A stretch of 64,000 bases of DNA from Patescibacteria group bacterium (GCA_023485445.1 JAMCZT010000033.1:11170-75169), one strand, 5' to 3'; positions 35,885 through 44,987 are shown, counted from the first letter of the stretch. Notes: generated by a model from the sequence alone, not told the origin. Numbers and translations: made by a program.

Positions 35885-35977
35885 TGGCGGAGAGGGTGGG
35901 ATTCGAACCCACGAGGCACTAATTAGCACCTAGCGGTTTAGCAAACCGCCGCACTAGACCAGCTATGCGACCTCTCC
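35885..35977 (-). tRNA. tRNA-Ser (anticodon GCU)
   Basis: GGAGAGG TC GCAT AGCTGG.. GCGGT TTGCTAA ACCGC, long variable arm, GTGGG TTCGAAT CCCAC CCTCTCC GCCA. Confidence 0.85.
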
Positions 35978-36120
35978 AAACAATGAAAGGTTCAAAGTGA
36001 AAAATTAAAAGTTATTAAGCTTGAGTAACTTTCTTCTACCAACCTCAACTCTGCACTTTGCATTTTTAATTTTAATTATTAGGTGCACTATACCAAAAAA
36101 TAGGGTAAAATTCAATTCTA

Positions 36121-36816
36121 ATGAGCCTTTTTAACTACTTTTCTGATTTTTTGCTTGACCTAGTCTTTCCTAAAAAGTGCGTGGTTTGTGGAAAAGCAGA
36201 TATGTATCTATGCCCAAACTGCCTAAAAAAGGTACCTGTAAACCACACATCTATCTGTTATCGCTGCCAGTGCCCGTCGATCGGGGGATTTACCCATCCC
36301 CGTTGTCTGACCAGGTCGGGCCTAGACGGAGTCCTCATCGTCTCTCCTTACGAAAGAGTTTTAAAAAGAGCCCTGCATCTTTTCAAGTACCGTTTTGTGA
36401 AAGAGCTTCACGCACCTTTAGGAAATCTATTAGCCAACTATCTTCAGGGAAAACTTTACCAGATCGACATGGTCGTTCCCGTCCCACTTCATCAAAAAAG
36501 GCTCAACCAGAGAGAATTTAACCAAGCTTTACTTTTAGCCCAAGTTGTAAGCCAAAAATTCTCCCTCCCCCTTAGGTCAGAAGTTTTAATTAGGAAATAC
36601 CCAACCTCGCCACAAGCAGAGTTGTCAAAAGAAAAAAGAGTTCAAAATCTCAAAAAAGCTTTTCTTTGTCCCCTGGCGAGTGAAGTCCGCGGAAAAAATG
36701 TTCTCTTGGTTGACGATGTTGCTACTACTTTTACTACCTTAGAGGAATGCTGCGCCACTCTAAAAAAGGCAGGCGCTGCTAAAGTCTGGGCCGCAGTACT
36801 AGCCCATGGAAAGTGA
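36121..36816 (+). CDS. comFC: ComF family protein (ComFC-like phosphoribosyltransferase-fold competence protein)
   Basis: 231 aa. N-terminal Cys4 (CVVCGK..CPNC), PLHQKRLNQREFNQA, PRT-type loop VLLVDDVATTFTTL. Confidence 0.8.
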   Translation: MSLFNYFSDFLLDLVFPKKCVVCGKADMYLCPNCLKKVPVNHTSICYRCQCPSIGGFTHPRCLTRSGLDGVLIVSPYERVLKRALHLFKYRFVKELHAPLGNLLANYLQGKLYQIDMVVPVPLHQKRLNQREFNQALLLAQVVSQKFSLPLRSEVLIRKYPTSPQAELSKEKRVQNLKKAFLCPLASEVRGKNVLLVDDVATTFTTLEECCATLKKAGAAKVWAAVLAHGK

Positions 36817-36950
36817 TGTCTCCCATGGGCAAGATTCTGCGGAATCCGTCTTTTTGTTCTGATTCAAATCATATCCCAGCTTGAAAGATAGGGTTTAAAG
36901 AAATAACGTCAAACTAAAACTGGCAAGCTAGTTGAAGCCTTGGCGAAAAC

Positions 36951-37320
36951 TGGTGGAGCTGAGGGGAATTGCACCCCTGTCCGAAAAAACGACCCCGAAG
37001 CGGAACTACAAGCTTAGTTGGTTGAAAAATTCCTCACTAACAAGCTCAACCAACAAAATTTGTCAGTGAGTAAGGTTGATAAAAGGTGGATAAAACCGGG
37101 GAAACCAACCCCAAGAAATCCATCCCGACTAGGGTCGCACCCTGACCACTCCGTCAGGAGAGAGTAATCAAGACGCCTACTTGCTGTTACGCAGTCGCGT
37201 AAGCATAAGCAGGAGAAAATGCTCTATTGGCATTTATAATTGTGGTAAAGTTTAACGGCTTTTTACCATGGCCGGCTTGCCCACTTTCAAAGTGCCTTCC
37301 CGTCGAAGCTAAACAGCCCC
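36951..37320 (-). ncRNA. ssrA: tmRNA (SsrA), one-piece
   Basis: Minus strand starts GGGGCUGUUUAGCUUCGACGGG and ends GGGGUGCAAUUCCCCUCAGCUCCACCA, with an acceptor stem containing G3:U. Candidate tag ORF: GCC AAU AGA GCA UUU UCU CCU GCU UAU GCU UAC GCG ACU GCG UAA. Confidence 0.9.
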
Positions 37321-37327
37321 AAACGCA

Positions 37328-37374
37328 ATTAAAAATTATTTTTATTTCTTAATCAACTTTGAACTTTTAACTTG
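37328..37374 (-). promoter_or_regulatory. tmRNA promoter with an upstream heptamer pair
   Basis: Minus strand TAAAAGT TCAAAGT, then TTGATT (37356-37351), 17 nt, TTTAAT (37333-37328), then 7 nt to tmRNA G1. Confidence 0.55.
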
Positions 37375-37834
37375 TTTTCTTTAACTTTGCTTCTCGCAAT
37401 TCTTGCTCAACCTCTCTCTCAATGGCTCGTCGTTTGAGTAACTCTCGTTTTTCAAAAGTCTTCTTTCCACGTGCCAGAGCAACCTCTACCTTTACAATAT
37501 TCCGCTTATTATACATTTTTAGAGGCACTAAAGTCAAGTTAGAAGAGGCAATTTTTCCCGTCAGATAAAGAATTTCTTTCCTGTGAAGCAAAAGTTTTCG
37601 AGAGTGTCTGGGATCATAACCAACCGTCTCTTGGTAAGGAGCAATGTAAGCATTTACCAGATACGCTTCCTGATCTACCAAACGGACGAAACTATCCGCC
37701 AAAGAGGCGCTTCCCTTCCTCACTGATTTTATTTCACCACCACTAAGAACAACCCCCGCTTCAAAGGTTTCTAAAATAACGTAATCATGGTGTGCCTTTT
37801 TATTTGGAATGTTGATTCTGTGCCCATTGTTCAT
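37367..37834 (-). CDS. smpB: SsrA-binding protein SmpB
   Basis: 155 aa. NKKAHHDYVILETFEAGVVLSGGEIKSVR..GKASL.DSFV.. with a basic C-terminal tail. Lies directly upstream of ssrA. Confidence 0.9.
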   Translation of the reverse strand: MNNGHRINIPNKKAHHDYVILETFEAGVVLSGGEIKSVRKGSASLADSFVRLVDQEAYLVNAYIAPYQETVGYDPRHSRKLLLHRKEILYLTGKIASSNLTLVPLKMYNKRNIVKVEVALARGKKTFEKRELLKRRAIEREVEQELREAKLKKTS

Positions 37835-39906
37835 CTTAAGTCGACATTATATATCTTTGTTTGGGTTAAAACAAATAGCTTTTTACTGGCCTCGTCGGCT
37901 ACTACGTCCAGAGCATCTGAAAATTTTTCACTCACATATTGGGCGAGATACTCCCCCTCCTTACTCACCACCACAATTCTTTTATTTTTTTGATCTAGTA
38001 GGTATAAATTGGTTAAAGTCTCTTCTGTAAAAATCTTAGTCGGATTGCTAAAAATTCCCTCCAAACCAACGATTCGGAAATCTTCCCGTACACCTCGTGT
38101 AAACTTAAGCACGTTTCCCTCGGAAGTAAGAACCCAAACAGATCCATCCACCGTCAAACTCACCGCTTTAGACAAGTCAACTTTTTCTTTTTCCGACAGG
38201 AAGTTTTTCCCGTCGCTATAACCATCCTCTACCGGCACGTATTTCCAAATTGCATTTTGGTTAACGTCTAATAAATAAAGGTTATCATGGTAATTAGCCA
38301 AAGCGACGATTTTTTGCCAAGTGGGGGCAAGATTAACCACCGGCTTGATCATTTCAGTCTTAAGACCATATCGGATCAAACCCGCTATGGGGCTAAAAAG
38401 ATACAGATTATCTCGGTAAAGGGATAGAAACGAAGGTTGGGAAAGGTTGCTTTTGCTTTCTATCAAAACCTTCGCTTCTCTGGAAGTAAAACTAAGCGAA
38501 TATAGAGCACTACGACTTTTATCTAGAACCACTAAACTGCTGTCAGCTAACCTCAGCCCCTCCGCCTTAGCTCCTGTCTTTAAGGTGGTAAGATCATAAA
38601 ATAACGTCGGATCAGAAATCCGATACGTTTTTGCCGATTCCCCTAAAATTCCTTCCAACGATGTCTTAAGTTTCAAGGCCTGTTGATTTTTTTCTTCCAA
38701 CTTTAGCGCTTGATCTAAACTGGCTTTGGCATCCGTCAAAAGTGTTTTAGCCCGCAAGGGGTTTAAGCTCTGCAAAGATTTTGCTTCTTCATATTTACTT
38801 TGGGCTAGGTCTAACAAGCTGGCTAATTTTTCCTTTTTGTCCGCTAAACTCCTTTGCTGCTGGTTCCAAAAAACGCTCCCTAAGAGGATTATTCCAAAAA
38901 CAACCGCTAAAACTAAGGCTTTATGCTTTTTGGTCCAAGACTGATAATGATTTGCGGATCGTCTAAAGGCAGGTTCTTTCAAAAAAGGTATCTTTTTAAC
39001 TGGGATCAGGGAAATTAAAAATGAAAAAAGACGCCCAAGAATCCGAAGTAATTTTTTTAGTAATACAAGAGGCTTAGTCGTCTTTTTGCCAAAAAAATCA
39101 AACAATTTTACAAAGTTAAATATAGCTTGGTTAAAAATAATTCTTCCCGTAACGAACAAGTTGTCTACTCTTTTATTAAACGGCTTTTTTACCACGGGAT
39201 AAATGTCAATGTTAGAAAGATCCTTAATAAAAATAACTGCTTCCTCACCCTCAGTTACCTCTGCCACCTCTAATTTGACTAATAAAGCAGTGGCCCTAAC
39301 TCGATCCTTAACCAAGCTAGATAAAGATTCTTCCACTTCGTCCAAAGACTCTTTTTTCAAGGCTGTTTCGAGAACGTGATCGGAAAGTGCTTCCTTAAAT
39401 TTTTTGGTCGCTAAAACTAAACAATCATCCTCATGAAGAAGACCCGAAGCAGTCTTAATCGCGTTGATAGCCGAACTACCTATCGCGTGAAGTCTTCCCT
39501 TTCGGTAAACCCCAAAGTAAGCGTTTCCCATTCTCGCAACATAAGCAACTGCTCCCCAGAGAACCACAACGACAATATTAAAGTCGATTCCTTCCTTACC
39601 GCCTACAGACGTGCTCACCAAACTAATCAGTTTTTGTCCAGAGACATCCAAGGCATGTTCTAATGAGGCTAAAATCCCCCCAGAAGAATCTTCGTAGTAT
39701 TCTTCCTTTAGGCTATTTAAGATCATTTTGCCAGCAGCAGTACAATCAAAATCTTCCTCTGCCTTAAGGTCAACTACGGCAAACAAGAAACCACGGCTTT
39801 TCTTCTCCTCCTCAGAAGCAGGCAATGCTTGAAAAACTTGTACCCAAGCGTTACGCTCTTCCCGCCCATTAATTTTTTTTGATAGAGGAACGAGGTACTT
39901 TTCCAT
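37831..39906 (-). CDS. Hypothetical large membrane protein: N-terminal cytoplasmic domain, TM segments, and a C-terminal repeat/beta-propeller-like ectodomain
   Basis: Start taken at ATG 39906 (MEKYLVPL). The track's TTG start at 40017 overlaps the upstream ORF. The C-terminus has recurring ..LY.LD.....I.. blades. ATGA overlap with smpB. Confidence 0.55.
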   Translation of the reverse strand: MEKYLVPLSKKINGREERNAWVQVFQALPASEEEKKSRGFLFAVVDLKAEEDFDCTAAGKMILNSLKEEYYEDSSGGILASLEHALDVSGQKLISLVSTSVGGKEGIDFNIVVVVLWGAVAYVARMGNAYFGVYRKGRLHAIGSSAINAIKTASGLLHEDDCLVLATKKFKEALSDHVLETALKKESLDEVEESLSSLVKDRVRATALLVKLEVAEVTEGEEAVIFIKDLSNIDIYPVVKKPFNKRVDNLFVTGRIIFNQAIFNFVKLFDFFGKKTTKPLVLLKKLLRILGRLFSFLISLIPVKKIPFLKEPAFRRSANHYQSWTKKHKALVLAVVFGIILLGSVFWNQQQRSLADKKEKLASLLDLAQSKYEEAKSLQSLNPLRAKTLLTDAKASLDQALKLEEKNQQALKLKTSLEGILGESAKTYRISDPTLFYDLTTLKTGAKAEGLRLADSSLVVLDKSRSALYSLSFTSREAKVLIESKSNLSQPSFLSLYRDNLYLFSPIAGLIRYGLKTEMIKPVVNLAPTWQKIVALANYHDNLYLLDVNQNAIWKYVPVEDGYSDGKNFLSEKEKVDLSKAVSLTVDGSVWVLTSEGNVLKFTRGVREDFRIVGLEGIFSNPTKIFTEETLTNLYLLDQKNKRIVVVSKEGEYLAQYVSEKFSDALDVVADEASKKLFVLTQTKIYNVDLR

Positions 39907-39935
39907 AAAAACGGCCAAAAAATAAAAATCAGAAA

Positions 39936-40172
39936 TTAAAGAACCGACAAAGCGACTAGAAGCACTGCAACGGAACCGATCAAATGTAAATAAGCGATTA
40001 GCTTCAGGATAGGACAAAGATTCGTCCCCAAGACGCTGTTCATCAAACCAACTTGGCGAACCATTATCAAAGCAAAGCAGATGTAAAAAATTAAAAACAA
40101 GGAAACAATCGGCTTAACCAAAAGCTGGTAATTAGCTGTACTCACGATTGATGATAAGGAGAAGCTATCCAT
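39936..40172 (-). CDS. Hypothetical small membrane protein (78 aa, 2-3 TM)
   Basis: Tightly packed, 2 nt after the upstream stop. Strongly hydrophobic. Confidence 0.45.
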   Translation of the reverse strand: MDSFSLSSIVSTANYQLLVKPIVSLFLIFYICFALIMVRQVGLMNSVLGTNLCPILKLIAYLHLIGSVAVLLVALSVL

Positions 40173-40174
40173 CT

Positions 40175-40786
40175 TTAAACTCTTCTATCAAGAAGCACCC
40201 CGCTAACCGGCACCCGATCGTCGTGCTCCTCTACTAGCTCAAAAATCTTTTTCTGGACCAAATCCGGTTCCGGCACCAATTCGAATTCGAAATAATCATG
40301 TGTCCCTGCCGTCTGGACGATTACGTTCCCATAGTTAAACATAATCTGAGCCACTCCACCCATTCGATGGGTCACATCTTGAATCCGCGAAAGGGCGCAT
40401 TCAGAAATCTGCTTGTAAAAAAGGCCGTAAAAATCAACATCTACTAAACGCTCGTTGGTAATAATGTATACGTCAAAATACCACATCAGAAAGTTTTCGA
40501 GTAAAAAGCCAAAAGTAATCAAATACCAAACCAAAACTCCAACTAACTGGTATTTAAGAGGAAAGTTGAAATGAAGAGCTGACGAAAGGAAAGGGTCTGA
40601 AATAAAGAAAACTAACGGAAGGACAAGCAGCAAAAAGCCCAAAGAAAGCCAGCCGGTATTTGTAAACCAGTGCCTTCTTAGTAAGTAAAGCACCTTCTCA
40701 TTATCCTCCTGGGTCTCGAAGTGCACATTTTCTGGTTGTTCTACAAAGGAAGCCAGAGCACCCTCTTCTTTAGGATCTTGCGACAT
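40175..40786 (-). CDS. Membrane protein with bacterial PH-like (YdbS/YdbT-type) topology; paralog-like to 18405..18932
   Basis: 203 aa. LLRRHWFTNTGWL, two TM helices, VYIITNERLVDVD. Confidence 0.55.
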   Translation of the reverse strand: MSQDPKEEGALASFVEQPENVHFETQEDNEKVLYLLRRHWFTNTGWLSLGFLLLVLPLVFFISDPFLSSALHFNFPLKYQLVGVLVWYLITFGFLLENFLMWYFDVYIITNERLVDVDFYGLFYKQISECALSRIQDVTHRMGGVAQIMFNYGNVIVQTAGTHDYFEFELVPEPDLVQKKIFELVEEHDDRVPVSGVLLDRRV

Positions 40787-40843
40787 ATTACCCTCAAATA
40801 ACGTTATATCTTAAAATTTATGTGTTAAATTTATCTTATTTTA

Positions 40844-42616
40844 TCACTGTCTCACCACATCGTAAAGAGAAGTCCAGATGGCCAAGGTCCCGAGGGAACG
40901 TAAATTAAACATCGACTTAAAAGTTGCCCCGTCAAAAGTCTTCGTCCCATAATCGGCTGAGGTTACCGCCACGTTACTTGTGTTTCCTGCCCCATCTTGG
41001 AACGTGGTAATGGCGCTAATCATCCCAATCTCCTTCACCCCCTCCTTCGCCAAAGCGTCTTTAACCTGAGCAAAGCTCCAACCCCCACGATCTGGCTGGG
41101 TGAGATATTGGTTGTAAGAGGAAGACTTTTGGGAAAGAAGAATAGCGTTGAAAATGTCTTCCGTTTCTTCTTCTGTCATCCAAGCATTCCCCCGCTGATT
41201 GTCTCCCCAAGCCTTATGGAACCAGGGAGAATTACCATAGTTTGGTCCGTCGTAAGCGGTTTGAGTACTCCATTTACCATCGACTGCGTCAACCAGATAG
41301 GCAGTGCAGGGGTTGTTATGGTAAAAATCAGTGCAGGTATATCCCCCGTCGGTCGAAGAATAGTAAGCGGCAATTGGGTTGTTACCTCCCAAGATCAATC
41401 CGGCGGTCGCGTCAACCGCCTGTTGCCAAGCGGTTGTATTAACTTCTTTTTTCACTTCTTGACAAGACTGACTAGGACAGATCACGCTGCCGTAGCGCAT
41501 AGCGTAAGTCCGCGCTGCCACCGCTTGAGCTTTGAGGGCTTCCGCCGGCCAGTTCCCAGGCATTTCATAAAGGTGCTTGAGGTAATCATCGAAGGCAAAA
41601 GATTCATTATTAAAACACTGCCCATAATCGTTACAGCCATTGACGGTGATCATAGTCGGGACATTCGCCACGGTCGCTTCCATCCCGTAGTAAGCTTTGA
41701 GAATGGTTTGGAAATCTTGTTTGGCCACCAAAGCTCGTCCGTAAGCCCCGTATTGGTTCATTCCCACTCGGTGGGGATAGCCGTAGGTAAAAAAGGCGTA
41801 GGCGGGTGAGAAACCAGGCGTTGGTAGTGACTGAATCGCCTGAGCCACGTCCCCTACTGTCAAGAACTGGGAGGTGGCGGCCAATTTTTGGGCAATTAAG
41901 GTTTGTTGCTGAGCCGTCAAGTCCTTAATACTGTTTTGGATACTGGAAAGCTGCCCGGTGAGAGCGTTTTTCTGTGCGGCGGTCTCATTAATCTGTTTTT
42001 GAGTCTGAGATGCTTGACTTTGGAGCTGTTTTTTCAAGGACGCGATCTTGATTAGGTTATCTTCCAAATCTTTCTTTACCTGCTCAACATTCTTTTTATT
42101 TTCTTCAAATTGAGCAATTTCCGTATTCAAGGAAGCAATCGTCCGCTTGGCTTGATCTAACATTGAGGTTTGGAAGGCGGTGTTTTGGGCCGTCTCACTA
42201 AATTTGTCAGAAGCAAGCAAAAGTTCAATCACCGAAGTGTGGGAATGTTTGTAGTAGTTTCTGATGGTACTGTTGCGAAATTCTTGTTCTCGATTAAGTT
42301 TTTCCTGGCGATCTTTAAGGTTGGCTTCCACTTCTGTTAATTTTTGCTGGGTTTCATCTATCTGGCTGCTTAGGTCATCAAGCTGGGTCTGGGTCGTCCA
42401 AAGTTGCCCGGAAAGGTCCTTTAACTTCTTCGAAAGGTCTTCTTGCTGCTTCTTTAACTGCTCTATTCTTTCTTGGGTTTGCTGGTATTCTGATTGCTTT
42501 TGCTGCTTCTGGCTTTCAAGGGTAGAAATCTGCGTGTCGTAATCGTCCGCATTCGCAGGGACCCAAAAAAAATTAAGGATAATGGAAGCGATTATTAACC
42601 AGGCAGTCTTTCTCAT
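40844..42616 (-). CDS. Secreted SpoIID/LytB-domain protein with a long N-terminal coiled coil
   Basis: Start taken at ATG 42616 (MRKTAWLIIASIILNFFWVPANA signal). ~230 aa of Q/E/K-rich coiled coil follow. SpoIID motifs: LKAQAVAARTYA, CPSQSCQ, YYSSTDGGYT. Confidence 0.75.
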   Translation of the reverse strand: MRKTAWLIIASIILNFFWVPANADDYDTQISTLESQKQQKQSEYQQTQERIEQLKKQQEDLSKKLKDLSGQLWTTQTQLDDLSSQIDETQQKLTEVEANLKDRQEKLNREQEFRNSTIRNYYKHSHTSVIELLLASDKFSETAQNTAFQTSMLDQAKRTIASLNTEIAQFEENKKNVEQVKKDLEDNLIKIASLKKQLQSQASQTQKQINETAAQKNALTGQLSSIQNSIKDLTAQQQTLIAQKLAATSQFLTVGDVAQAIQSLPTPGFSPAYAFFTYGYPHRVGMNQYGAYGRALVAKQDFQTILKAYYGMEATVANVPTMITVNGCNDYGQCFNNESFAFDDYLKHLYEMPGNWPAEALKAQAVAARTYAMRYGSVICPSQSCQEVKKEVNTTAWQQAVDATAGLILGGNNPIAAYYSSTDGGYTCTDFYHNNPCTAYLVDAVDGKWSTQTAYDGPNYGNSPWFHKAWGDNQRGNAWMTEEETEDIFNAILLSQKSSSYNQYLTQPDRGGWSFAQVKDALAKEGVKEIGMISAITTFQDGAGNTSNVAVTSADYGTKTFDGATFKSMFNLRSLGTLAIWTSLYDVVRQ

Positions 42617-42654
42617 CAGCTTCCATTCTAACGCAAACTTAAGCTCTTGCCAAG

Positions 42655-42683
42655 TTGACAAAGAGGCAGGATTTTAGTAGGAT
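42655..42683 (+). promoter_or_regulatory. Promoter of the pilin operon
   Basis: TTGACA (42655-42660), 17 nt, TAGGAT (42678-42683). It overlaps the tandem 11-mer AGGATTTTAGT/AGGATTTTGGT (42668-42689). Confidence 0.55.
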
Positions 42684-42736
42684 TTTGGTAGCTCGCAAAC
42701 TCTTCGGCAGTTACCAGTTTTTTTCCTGAGGTATTC

Positions 42737-43132
42737 GTGAAGATTATAAAAAAATTTACTATTCCTTTCATTTTAATTTCCTTTTTAGCATTTTTTTCCT
42801 TAAGTGGCTTTTCTACTACTTACGCTCAAAGGGACTGTAGTGGTCCTTTCGGCCCAGGAACCGAAACGGAACTTGGGTGCATTCCTAGAAATCCAGAGTC
42901 ACTTGCCCAATGGGGATTAAGGTTTGCGGTCGCAGTCGGGGGTGGTTTCGCTTTTTTACTTATTATTCTCGGCGCTTTCAAAATTTTAGTTAGTCAAGGA
43001 GACCCAAAAGCGTTGCAGGAGGGAAAGGATCAAATTACCAGCGCAATAATGGGTTTACTACTTATAATCTTTGCAGTCGTATTACTTCAATTTATAGGAG
43101 TTAGAGTCTTAGAATTACCGGGATGGAGCTAA
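42737..43132 (+). CDS. VirB2/TrbC-like T4SS pilin paralog P1 (divergent, Cys-containing N-domain)
   Basis: 131 aa, GTG start after GAGG. Signal peptide ..TTYAQ. Two TM helices flank FKILVSQGDPKALQEGKDQITSAIMGLLLII. Confidence 0.7.
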   Translation: MKIIKKFTIPFILISFLAFFSLSGFSTTYAQRDCSGPFGPGTETELGCIPRNPESLAQWGLRFAVAVGGGFAFLLIILGAFKILVSQGDPKALQEGKDQITSAIMGLLLIIFAVVLLQFIGVRVLELPGWS

Positions 43133-43134
43133 TA

Positions 43135-43488
43135 ATGTCCTATTTATTTTTAACTCTTCCAGGATTTCCAGCTAGACCACAGGATTGGTGGTGGAATAGA
43201 GGTAGAGATACAGTTAGCATTACCTCCCCTACTGGTTTAAAGCAAAACCAAATCGGCGACATCGTAAGCGAATTTATTCCGATTATTTTTGCGCTCGCGG
43301 GAATCGTCCTACTTGTTTACCTAATTATTGGAGGATTTAAATTTATTACTTCGGGTGGTGACCAAAAAGCACTTCAAAGTGCAAAAAACACCATTTCAAA
43401 TGCCGTCCTTGGATTTATCCTCGTTTTTGTCAGTTTTTGGTTACTTCAAATTATAAGCACTATCTTTAATGTAGGAGTAGGACTTTAA
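43135..43488 (+). CDS. VirB2/TrbC-like pilin paralog P2
   Basis: GGFKFITSGGDQKALQSAKNTISNAVLGFILV. Start at ATG 43135 (GGAG 6 nt upstream). Confidence 0.75.
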   Translation: MSYLFLTLPGFPARPQDWWWNRGRDTVSITSPTGLKQNQIGDIVSEFIPIIFALAGIVLLVYLIIGGFKFITSGGDQKALQSAKNTISNAVLGFILVFVSFWLLQIISTIFNVGVGL

Positions 43489-43497
43489 TTTAAGTTT

Positions 43498-43875
43498 ATG
43501 AAAAAAATATTTTTAACTATTACAGCAATTCTAATATCAGGAGCTCTCTTAAGTGTGGGGGCAACTCCAACCTACAGCTGGATAAGTATTGGTAACAATT
43601 TTGAACTTAATGGAAATCCGATAACCTCTTCTTTTACTTCCCTTGGTAGTTTAATCTCTGTCCTTCTTCAAGCTATTTTTACTATTGCTGGACTAACCGT
43701 AATTATCTTTTTCCTATTTGGTGGCATTAAATTTTTGACCTCTAGCGGTGACCAAAAGGCAATTCAAAGCGCAAAAGACACGCTGACAAACGCCTTTCTA
43801 GGTATTATAATAATATTTGTTAGCTATTGGGTAGTTCAAATAATTCAAACTATTACAGGAGTAAGCATTTTATAA
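43498..43875 (+). CDS. VirB2/TrbC-like pilin paralog P3
   Basis: Signal peptide, then GGIKFLTSSGDQKAIQSAKDTLTNAFLGIIII between two TM helices. Confidence 0.75.
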   Translation: MKKIFLTITAILISGALLSVGATPTYSWISIGNNFELNGNPITSSFTSLGSLISVLLQAIFTIAGLTVIIFFLFGGIKFLTSSGDQKAIQSAKDTLTNAFLGIIIIFVSYWVVQIIQTITGVSIL

Positions 43876-43884
43876 GAGGGTCTG

Positions 43885-44211
43885 ATGGCATCTCCAACTG
43901 ATTATTTAGGTAATATAACTACACCCTATACAGGTGACTATAAACCTGATGGTGGTTTAGGAAAGTTCGTTAACAATGCCTTTACTGCTGTTGTTACGGT
44001 TGCTGGTCTAGCGTTTCTGTTATACCTAATTGTAGGTGGCATTAAGTATCTAACTTCCGGGGGAGATTCTAAAGCGGCCCAAAGTGCAAGGGAAACGATC
44101 ACTACCGCCTTAATTGGTTTGGTCATTGTAACTGGCGTTTGGTTTGTCGCTTTAATTCTGGAAACCGTTTTAGGAATTAGTATCACTCATCCGGTATTTA
44201 CAGGACCGTAA
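43885..44211 (+). CDS. VirB2/TrbC-like pilin paralog P4
   Basis: GGIKYLTSGGDSKAAQSARETITTALIGLVIV. Near-identical core to P5. Confidence 0.75.
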   Translation: MASPTDYLGNITTPYTGDYKPDGGLGKFVNNAFTAVVTVAGLAFLLYLIVGGIKYLTSGGDSKAAQSARETITTALIGLVIVTGVWFVALILETVLGISITHPVFTGP

Positions 44212-44247
44212 GTAATTAGTTCTTTAGTCTTTTTGGAAAGAATTAAA

Positions 44248-44589
44248 ATGCGTATAGACCAAGTATTTGCAGCAAGTCAGTTTGACCCAGGTAGTCTAAC
44301 TAATCCGACAAAGTACGGAGATAACATTAGTGGGCTCGGAAAACTAATCAATAATGGTTTTTTTGCTGTAGTCACCATCGCTGGTCTGGCATTTCTAGCA
44401 TACTTAATTATGGGCGGTATTAAGTACCTTACGTCTGGAGGAGATTCTAAAGCGGCCCAGAGTGCGAGGGAAACTATTACCAACGCCTTGATCGGACTGG
44501 TAATCGTTACTTCTGTTTGGTTTATCGCTCTTATCATCCAAACTATACTGGGGATAAATATACTTGACCCAGAATTTATAGGACCATGA
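44248..44589 (+). CDS. VirB2/TrbC-like pilin paralog P5
   Basis: GGIKYLTSGGDSKAAQSARETITNALIGLVIV. Start at ATG 44248 (MRIDQVFAA), which parallels P6's MLIREVFAA. Confidence 0.75.
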   Translation: MRIDQVFAASQFDPGSLTNPTKYGDNISGLGKLINNGFFAVVTIAGLAFLAYLIMGGIKYLTSGGDSKAAQSARETITNALIGLVIVTSVWFIALIIQTILGINILDPEFIGP

Positions 44590-44627
44590 TTAATAAAGTA
44601 TATGAGTATTGTACTAGGCCATAAACA

Positions 44628-44987
44628 ATGTTAATTAGAGAAGTTTTTGCAGCTCAATCGGTCAAACCGGGTGGAATTATTAATCCGACCAATTATACAG
44701 ATAGTCCATCAGGGATTGGGAACCTCATCAGTAATTTAATTAGCGCAGCTACAGTTATAGCAGGTCTAATATTTCTTGCGTTTTTAATCGTTGGGGGGAT
44801 AAAGTATGCCACCAGCGGAGGCGATAAGGTAGCAGCAGAGTCAGCAAGAAATACGATTACTAACGCGTTGATCGGTCTAATTATTGTAGTCGCAGCTACC
44901 TTTATTGTAGCATTAGTCCAAGCTGTACTAGGAATAAACATACTTAGTCCTCTCTTTATTGGACCCCAGTGGGGAATTAATCCATGA
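44628..44987 (+). CDS. VirB2/TrbC-like pilin paralog P6
   Basis: GGIKYATSGGDKVAAESARNTITNALIGLIIV. Confidence 0.75.
   Translation: MLIREVFAAQSVKPGGIINPTNYTDSPSGIGNLISNLISAATVIAGLIFLAFLIVGGIKYATSGGDKVAAESARNTITNALIGLIIVVAATFIVALVQAVLGINILSPLFIGPQWGINP

Noticed and set aside
40997-41809. 270-aa plus-strand ORF, plus smaller ones at 41176-41442 and 42264-42542
   Set aside because: Entirely antisense to the well-supported SpoIID-domain gene. The translation is low-complexity (Arg/Ser/Val/Pro-rich) with no start context. This is a typical shadow ORF.
43885-44589. P4/P5 near-identity considered as a diversity-generating-retroelement template/variable repeat pair
   Set aside because: No reverse transcriptase gene is in the window. 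Nucleotide differences are spread over all bases and are mostly synonymous third positions, not adenine-specific.
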